Shown here piece after piece: positions 26,501 to 32,134 of a DNA stretch of 32,134 bases. The DNA lies in assembly GCA_000992015.1 (NCBI GenBank), contig LBSQ01000001.1:19473-51606 (forward strand), in the 5' to 3' direction. A program made the translations under genes and the position numbers. Below the pieces are notes generated by a model. The model saw only the letters and a program-made list of their open reading frames with translations, was not told the DNA's origin and did no database searches. Position 1 is the stretch's first letter. The number at the start of each line of letters is the position of its first letter. This stretch comes from Parcubacteria group bacterium GW2011_GWA2_37_10 (lineage in GTDB: Bacteria; Patescibacteriota; Minisyncoccia; Minisyncoccales; Staskawiczbacteraceae).

Positions 26501-27559
26501 TCAACTTTTAGAATTTATAATCTCCTGAACTTTATTAAAAACTATTTCAGGAGTTATTTTTTTTAAACACTCGTGTTTTTTGTTTGTATCGTAATTTTTA
26601 GTAAAAATATCATGATAGCGGTATCTGCATTTTTCTGAAATTATATGCACTCTTGGACCGACGGGTCCGGTTCTTTCCGGAATAGTTGGGCCAAAAATAG
26701 CGATTAAATTAGCGCTAGTTGTTGCGGCAATATGGCTAAGACCGGTGTCTGAAGAAACAAATATTCTACATTGGTCAGTCAAGGCGGCTACCTGGCATAG
26801 TGTTTTCCCAATTACTGATATGGCTTTTTCTTCCAGCTCATTTTGCATTTTCAGACAAAGGTCTTTTTCTCCTAAAGACCCAAAAAGAAGAATAATGGCA
26901 TCGGGGCAGCCGTCTAAAATTTTCTTGCCCAGTTTAATAAAATTTTCTTTAGGCCATAATTTAAATTGCTGAGCTGTGCCCGACCCTATGGAAAAACCTA
27001 TTAAAATTTTATTTTCTAAACTATTTTTTTGAATAAATTCTTCGGCAAATTTTTTATCATCGGCTCCCATCTCAAAAAATGGTAATGGAGCGGGACTTTC
27101 TATCTTTATATCTAAAGCTTTCAATAAATTCAGATTGGTTTCTATTTTATGCTTGTCAACGTCAAGTTTTACTTGATTGGTATAAAATGTCAGTTTAGCT
27201 TTCCTGTATTCTCCCGCCCTGGTTTTAGCTCCAGTCAGAAAGGCGAATAAACTTCCCATCAGTGGATTTACACCGCTGGCGACAAAAACCAAATCATATT
27301 TTTCTTTCCTAAATTTGTGAATAAGTTTAATTTTGCTCAAAAAATTATTCTTTTGAAAATCAAAAAAGAAAATTTTATTGACAAACAAAGAATCTTGAAA
27401 AATTCCTGTCCTGCCCGTAGTGTAGCTGACAAAAATATCTATTATTGAAATTGAATCGGGAAAATTGTTTTTCAAAATCTGCAGGGCCGGCGAAAACATT
27501 ATCAAGTCCCCAACTCCTCCTGGATTTATTATTAAAATTTTGTGAGGGGGTTTTGACAT
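26501..27559 (-). CDS. Glycosyltransferase family 9 (heptosyltransferase-like)
   Basis: GGVGDLIM, KLWPKENF, SSDTGLSHIAA, IFGPT. Confidence 0.92.
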   Translation of the reverse strand: MSKPPHKILIINPGGVGDLIMFSPALQILKNNFPDSISIIDIFVSYTTGRTGIFQDSLFVNKIFFFDFQKNNFLSKIKLIHKFRKEKYDLVFVASGVNPLMGSLFAFLTGAKTRAGEYRKAKLTFYTNQVKLDVDKHKIETNLNLLKALDIKIESPAPLPFFEMGADDKKFAEEFIQKNSLENKILIGFSIGSGTAQQFKLWPKENFIKLGKKILDGCPDAIILLFGSLGEKDLCLKMQNELEEKAISVIGKTLCQVAALTDQCRIFVSSDTGLSHIAATTSANLIAIFGPTIPERTGPVGPRVHIISEKCRYRYHDIFTKNYDTNKKHECLKKITPEIVFNKVQEIINSKS

Positions 27560-27562
27560 AAA

Positions 27563-28324
27563 TTAAGGTTTTTTAAAATATACTCCTGTATCGTCTATTT
27601 TAATCAATTCCGGGTTTATTTTTCTTTCTGCAAAAAACTCGTCTAATGCCTTCTTGGCGCCATCCCAACAACCATAATCATCTAAAACAACATATCCTCC
27701 GATTATAACATTATCGTACAAATTATCAAGGCAGACTTTTGTGGATTCATACCAATCGCCATCTAGCCGCAAAAACGCGATTTTACCAATTTTTTCTTTG
27801 GATTCTGGCAGAGTATTTTGAAACCAACCCTTTTTAATTATAATATTGTCTGGGTTAAGCTTTAGTTTTTTAAAAAATATTTCTTTAACATCTTCTAGCG
27901 AGCCAACGCACCTATCTATTGTTTTCAAATTTCCTCCGGCTTTGTTTTGCGCATATTCTTTTGCTATGGGCCCATCTTTTTGTGTCGGCTCGGGTAAACC
28001 CTCAAAAGAATCAAAAAGCCATATCTTTCTGCCAGAGCTAAATTTTTGCGCCTCAAAAGCCATAACAGCAACGCAACCGCCCTTCCAAACCCCGCACTCA
28101 ACAAAAGCGCCAGAGATTTTATTTTTTTCAACTAAATTTGCCAATTCATAAACATTAGACAACCTTGCGTATCCGACCATTGTATAAGGATATACTTTTT
28201 TAAACAGCCATAATTTTTTAAAATTTAAAAAATCTATTAAAGGAATACTTTTTACAAGCATTAACTTTTTGGCAAAGCTAAATAAAATTTTATTTTTTCT
28301 AACTATATTTTTAAATTGTTGCAT
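27563..28324 (-). CDS. TylF/MycF/NovP family sugar O-methyltransferase
   Basis: YTMV..ARL, VECGVWKGG, FDSFEGLP, KGWFQNTLP, LRLDGDWYEST, DDYG.W.G. Confidence 0.93.
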   Translation of the reverse strand: MQQFKNIVRKNKILFSFAKKLMLVKSIPLIDFLNFKKLWLFKKVYPYTMVGYARLSNVYELANLVEKNKISGAFVECGVWKGGCVAVMAFEAQKFSSGRKIWLFDSFEGLPEPTQKDGPIAKEYAQNKAGGNLKTIDRCVGSLEDVKEIFFKKLKLNPDNIIIKKGWFQNTLPESKEKIGKIAFLRLDGDWYESTKVCLDNLYDNVIIGGYVVLDDYGCWDGAKKALDEFFAERKINPELIKIDDTGVYFKKP

Positions 28325-29465
28325 TATTTTCTAAAAATTTCCATTCTTTAATAATATTCTTAATGTTAAAATCTTTTGCTCTTTGTTTGGATTTCTCAAT
28401 TAAATTATTTGACAATTTTTTATCGGTTAATACGTTTATTACGGCTTCTGCTAATTTTTTTTCGCTGTCTGGTAAAGAATCAATCGGGGGTAAAATTCCA
28501 AACTCTGCGTATTCGATATCTTTTGTTTGGTAATTTATATCAGTTTCAGGAGCCAAAATCTCTCTTGGCCCCGATTTACAATCTGTTGATATAATAGGGA
28601 TGCCGCAAGCCATTGCTTCCAAAATTGAACAAGGCAAACCTTCCCGCAAGGAAGCCAGAACAAATACTTTTGCTTTGGCTAAAAACCTAAATGGGTTATC
28701 CTGACGGCCCAATAAATATACACTATCCTCAAAACCCAATTCTTTAATAAGTTGCTCCAAAAATTCTTTATTCTCACCGGCTCCTAAAATCACTAACTTA
28801 GCTGTTTTAATTTCATTTTTTATTTCCTTAAAAGATTTTATCAGTGATTCGTAATTTTTTTCTATAGACAGTCTGCCCATAGTAATTATAACCGGATTTT
28901 TAAAAATTTCTCCATATTCTGGCTCAATCGGAAAATCCGCTTGTTCTCGGATTTTTTCCACATTCACCGGATTATAAATAATTTTTATTTTTTCTTTTTT
29001 AATTCCGAAGTTGCTTGTCAAATCTTCTGCTACTGTTTTTGAAACGCAAATAACTTTTTTCGATTTATTAAAAAGCAACTTAATTATACTTTTTTCTATA
29101 ATTCCTCCATGAGATTTTGACCAAAGACTGTGCGCGCCTACTAATGTTTTTGAGGGACTTGTTAGAATACCCATCAAATCCGATGGAAATCCAAACGTAA
29201 TTATATAATCCGGGTTTTCTTTTCTGACTATTTTTTTAAATAAAAAAAAACCTTTTAAGAAATAATATATTTTAAACAAAAAACCGTTGGAAAGCGACAT
29301 ATCTAAAGAAATCATTTTCCCCTTATACGGGTAAAAAACCTCATTTTTGAACAAAACAATAATTTTTTCAATTGAATCTGGCAAACCCAAAGACAGATCG
29401 GATACCACTCTTTCTCCACCCCCCATGCTTAAGGTGGGAATTAAAAAAATAACTTTTTTATTCAT
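28311..29465 (-). CDS. Glycosyltransferase family 4
   Basis: GGGERV, IYNP, GRLSIEKN, SLREGLPCSILEAMACG, DCKSGPREIL. Confidence 0.93.
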   Translation of the reverse strand: MNKKVIFLIPTLSMGGGERVVSDLSLGLPDSIEKIIVLFKNEVFYPYKGKMISLDMSLSNGFLFKIYYFLKGFFLFKKIVRKENPDYIITFGFPSDLMGILTSPSKTLVGAHSLWSKSHGGIIEKSIIKLLFNKSKKVICVSKTVAEDLTSNFGIKKEKIKIIYNPVNVEKIREQADFPIEPEYGEIFKNPVIITMGRLSIEKNYESLIKSFKEIKNEIKTAKLVILGAGENKEFLEQLIKELGFEDSVYLLGRQDNPFRFLAKAKVFVLASLREGLPCSILEAMACGIPIISTDCKSGPREILAPETDINYQTKDIEYAEFGILPPIDSLPDSEKKLAEAVINVLTDKKLSNNLIEKSKQRAKDFNIKNIIKEWKFLENNATI

Positions 29466-30406
29466 AATTTTGATTCTTTAAGTTCAACTAATATCGTCCC
29501 GTTGTTTCGTCTTAGAATTTTACCCAAAACCCACAAAAATGCCGCCGGAACCGTTCCGATCAAATAATTTTTGAAACAACCCAGAAAATAAACTGTCCTT
29601 AAAAAAAATAAAGATTTTGGCTTATTTTTTGAAACAGTTAAAGATTTGCCGACTAGCCCGGTTCTAAATTTACTTGTCATAGCCTCGGAAAAAGTTTTGA
29701 ATTGCTCCACATAATCAACGCGGGATATACTAAATCCCTTTTTTTTGAATATGTTTGAAACTGCCTGCTCGTTCCATCTGGTAAAATAATGAGGCGGAAA
29801 ATCCCAATGGTTTAAATTTACCAGCATTCTTTCCCTACAAGGCGCGTTTAAAACAACCGTGCCATTGGGTTTCAGCAGGTTTTTGACATTCTGAATAAAT
29901 TCCAACGGGTCATCTAAATAACCTATCACTGCCAAACAACTGATAATATCAAACTTTGGCAAGTCCGTTTTCTTAAAAAAATCCTCAAAAGATAATGCAA
30001 AAACTCTCTCTAATCCAAAATATTCTTTGGCAATTCTGATATTTTCTTTATCAAAATCCACGCCCCAAACTTCGCATCCTCTTTTTTTAAGTTCTGCAAT
30101 AAACTCGCCAGCAGCGCAACCTAAATCTAAAACCCTTGTACCTTTGGGAAAGCTTTTGTGTGTTTTCAAAAATTTTTTGTGGTATCCCGCATAAATTTTT
30201 GGTTTAATGGCATTTTTTATTCTGAAAGCTTTTTCCTCATACCAGCTAAGTTTTGGGATTTCTAAGGGTAGCCAAAATTGAACCTGGCATTCAGAACATT
30301 GATATAAAGAAAATTTATCTTGTTTCTTTTCAAAATCTCTAATAAATTTAAATTTTTTGCCTTGTTTGCAAATTGGACAAATTTTAGGGTATTCTTGAAA
30401 TGGCAT
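29462..30406 (-). CDS. Class I SAM-dependent methyltransferase with N-terminal zinc ribbon
   Basis: CPIC...CSEC, VLDLGCAAG, LLKPNG, PPHYFTRW. Start placed at ATG 30406; the upstream 60 codons in the ORF track are largely the palindromic element. Confidence 0.85.
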   Translation of the reverse strand: MPFQEYPKICPICKQGKKFKFIRDFEKKQDKFSLYQCSECQVQFWLPLEIPKLSWYEEKAFRIKNAIKPKIYAGYHKKFLKTHKSFPKGTRVLDLGCAAGEFIAELKKRGCEVWGVDFDKENIRIAKEYFGLERVFALSFEDFFKKTDLPKFDIISCLAVIGYLDDPLEFIQNVKNLLKPNGTVVLNAPCRERMLVNLNHWDFPPHYFTRWNEQAVSNIFKKKGFSISRVDYVEQFKTFSEAMTSKFRTGLVGKSLTVSKNKPKSLFFLRTVYFLGCFKNYLIGTVPAAFLWVLGKILRRNNGTILVELKESKL

Positions 30407-30426
30407 GATGTTTAAGGCTTTGATGT

Positions 30427-30590
30427 TACCTTGAATTACGAAATGACCTTCAACTCTTTTGCTTTGCTTTTGCCTATGCCTTTGCAAAAATTTTTCGGCA
30501 GAACACCCTGTGTATGCCTCAAAATTTTTGCTTCGGCTCGGCTGAAAATCAAAGCAAATTCGTTCGGAAAGCATTTCGCAACTCAAGGTA
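30427..30590. mobile_element. 164-bp MITE-like long imperfect palindrome with TA at both ends
   Basis: Terminal inverted repeats TACCTTGAATTACGAAATG (30427-30445) / CATTTCGCAACTCAAGGTA (30572-30590) match 17/19. Nested arms: TTTGCTTTG/CAAAGCAAA, GCAAAAATTTT/AAAATTTTTGC, GGCA/TGCC, ACAC/GTGT. Confidence 0.7.
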
Positions 30591-31991
30591 TATTAATTTA
30601 TAATCATTAGTGTCTTCTTTTTGGCCCGCCAAAATAATACTGCCATTAATCGTATTTCTAAGACACGAAATAATAAAACGACAATTAATATCCTCTAAAC
30701 CATCTATGTTGGGTTTATTGATTAAATCATTTCGCATCTTATTTTTTAATTCCTCAAAGTTTTTTATTTTTTGGCATGCAGGGTGGAAAAAATAAGATGC
30801 GCTTCCCAAAACATAGGTTGTCTTACCGGCGAGGGCTGATTCCATTCCAACGGTGCTGGTCAAAGTGATGACAGCTGCTGATTTTTTAACAATCTGTCCC
30901 ACGTTCTCGCGCGGAGAAATTAAAACCACATTAGGCAGTTCTTTTAGTTTTTTATAAAAACTTCCGGATCTCAACCCAACACAGCCCGGATGCTCTTTCA
31001 CATACAATTTATAAGGAAAGGGCAGGGCAAAGGCGATATTTTTAATGGTGGTTAGTTGGTCGGAGTAATAAGTTGCCCAAATAGATGTAGAAGCTTCCGG
31101 CGGACCCTGCAAAGGATAAAAGAAAAAATTATCATTATCGCTGATTTTAGAAAAAACATTTTTCTGAAATAAAATTTTAAGCTTTCTTTTTTCCGCCTTC
31201 CATGGAGTAGTAAGCGCATACCTCAAAGCGATTTCTGTTTCGTAATCAAAATTTTTAAACTTTTTGCTTCTAAAAAAACATCTCAACAAAAAGGGACCCG
31301 CTTCTTTTATTCTTTTAATATAGTGTTTTAAAATACTTAACTGAGTAAGATAATTTCCCGCCATACCCAAATTAAAATAAGAAGGCAAGGACTCATGGGT
31401 TATAAATTTCTCTATAAAGTTTTGAGCAAATTCTTTTTCTTTTACCGATATATCCTCGTTCCTGATCTCTTTAAAAGTTTTTTCATATTTTGAAAAGGTA
31501 AATTCCGAATCGTAAATGTCTAATCTGCCCTCAAATCTGGAGTTGCCCAACCCAAAATATGGTGCATTGTTGATTTTGCAAAAGTTATAAGCAATTTCGT
31601 GGAATAAACCCGCTGGCGGTTCACCTATTATTACATCTGGTTTTTCCTGCAAAAATAGAAATTCAAAAAATTGATAGGTCTGGGATATTACATTAAACGA
31701 ATTATTATAGCCAAAGAAGCCCGATGGCTTATATCTGTCAAAAGTAGGAAAAAATTCTTTCCACGATAAATTGCCGAACTCTTTTTGGCCTGGTTTATAA
31801 TTTTTAACGCACCAGTCAACCCTAGAGATAAATTTAGCTTTATCGGAAAAAATTTTCTTCTTGGTAAATTCAATAATCTTGCTATTCATAGCAATCAAGC
31901 ATTCATCTCCTTGTTCTATTGCCTGTTCGGCTAATTTAGCGAAAAATTCCGGGAAGCACGAAGAGTTATTTACTATGAAAAGCCATTTCAT
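30549..31991 (-). CDS. KpsS/Capsule_synth-like protein (putative nonulosonate/Kdo-type glycosyltransferase)
   Basis: FFYPLQGPPEAST, LYVKEHP, VITLTSTVGMESALAGK. Confidence 0.7.
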   Translation of the reverse strand: MKWLFIVNNSSCFPEFFAKLAEQAIEQGDECLIAMNSKIIEFTKKKIFSDKAKFISRVDWCVKNYKPGQKEFGNLSWKEFFPTFDRYKPSGFFGYNNSFNVISQTYQFFEFLFLQEKPDVIIGEPPAGLFHEIAYNFCKINNAPYFGLGNSRFEGRLDIYDSEFTFSKYEKTFKEIRNEDISVKEKEFAQNFIEKFITHESLPSYFNLGMAGNYLTQLSILKHYIKRIKEAGPFLLRCFFRSKKFKNFDYETEIALRYALTTPWKAEKRKLKILFQKNVFSKISDNDNFFFYPLQGPPEASTSIWATYYSDQLTTIKNIAFALPFPYKLYVKEHPGCVGLRSGSFYKKLKELPNVVLISPRENVGQIVKKSAAVITLTSTVGMESALAGKTTYVLGSASYFFHPACQKIKNFEELKNKMRNDLINKPNIDGLEDINCRFIISCLRNTINGSIILAGQKEDTNDYKLIYLELRNAFRTNLL

Positions 31992-32134
31992 ATTTGCGTA
32001 TTTTTAATAAACGGTTTAATTAATTCCCTTAAAAAAGCGACTTCTTTTTTACCGACGCCTTTAAATAAAAATATCAAAATACCATAAATAAAAGCGCCTA
32101 AAATAATTGATAATATAACATTAAACATACCCCA
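31988..32134 (-). CDS. C-terminal fragment of a membrane protein, probably a second Wzx flippase (5' part outside window)
   Basis: Manual translation WGMFNVILSIILGAFIYGILIFLFKGVGKKEVAFLRELIKPFIKNTQI*; the stop overlaps the next start (ATGA). Confidence 0.6.
   Translation of the reverse strand, partial: WGMFNVILSIILGAFIYGILIFLFKGVGKKEVAFLRELIKPFIKNTQI

Noticed and set aside
30407-30586. 60-aa N-terminal extension of the methyltransferase in the ORF track
   Set aside because: It begins at a TTG inside the palindromic element; the ATG at 30406 directly precedes the CPIC zinc ribbon.
31607-31621. CCCGCTGGCGG match to the secA 277-296 hairpin inside the KpsS-like gene
   Set aside because: The arms are imperfect and the peptide (GEPPAG) fits a normal post-strand loop; probably coincidental.

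Overview
AT-rich bacterial window with almost all genes on the minus strand. Gene content and style suggest Patescibacteria/CPR (Parcubacteria-like); this is inferred, and the genetic code is standard code 11. The left ~5.8 kb is housekeeping: secA (runs off the left edge, so it is missing from the ORF track), an AdoMetDC/SpeD-like gene, hpf, murB, and a frameshifted secreted zinc peptidase with a peptidoglycan-binding domain. The remaining ~26 kb is a surface-glycan locus. It has a PglF/DegT/acyltransferase/PIG-L/WbqC/PglC amino-sugar module, GT2/GT4/GT9 transferases, two Wzx flippases, an AsnB-like amidotransferase, three methyltransferases, a KpsS-like protein, and ADP-heptose genes (rfaE1, an rfaE2-gmhB fusion, rfaD) with a cupin where gmhA would be expected. 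Four patterns go beyond this annotation. (1) Tiny GC-rich palindromes sit in-frame inside intact proteins (SecA at two sites, DegT, the RfaE2-GmhB linker); one family has an invariant core with fully covarying stems. (2) A 164-bp TA-flanked MITE-like hairpin supplies the C-terminus of the KpsS-like gene. (3) A 17-nt motif, ATATCGCTACGSTAAAA, lies 1-3 nt before three start codons. (4) Two GC-richer single-gene cassettes (PP2C-like and Nudix) with parallel promoter/boxA-like/SD/terminator layouts interrupt the operon. Two genes carry clean internal lesions.
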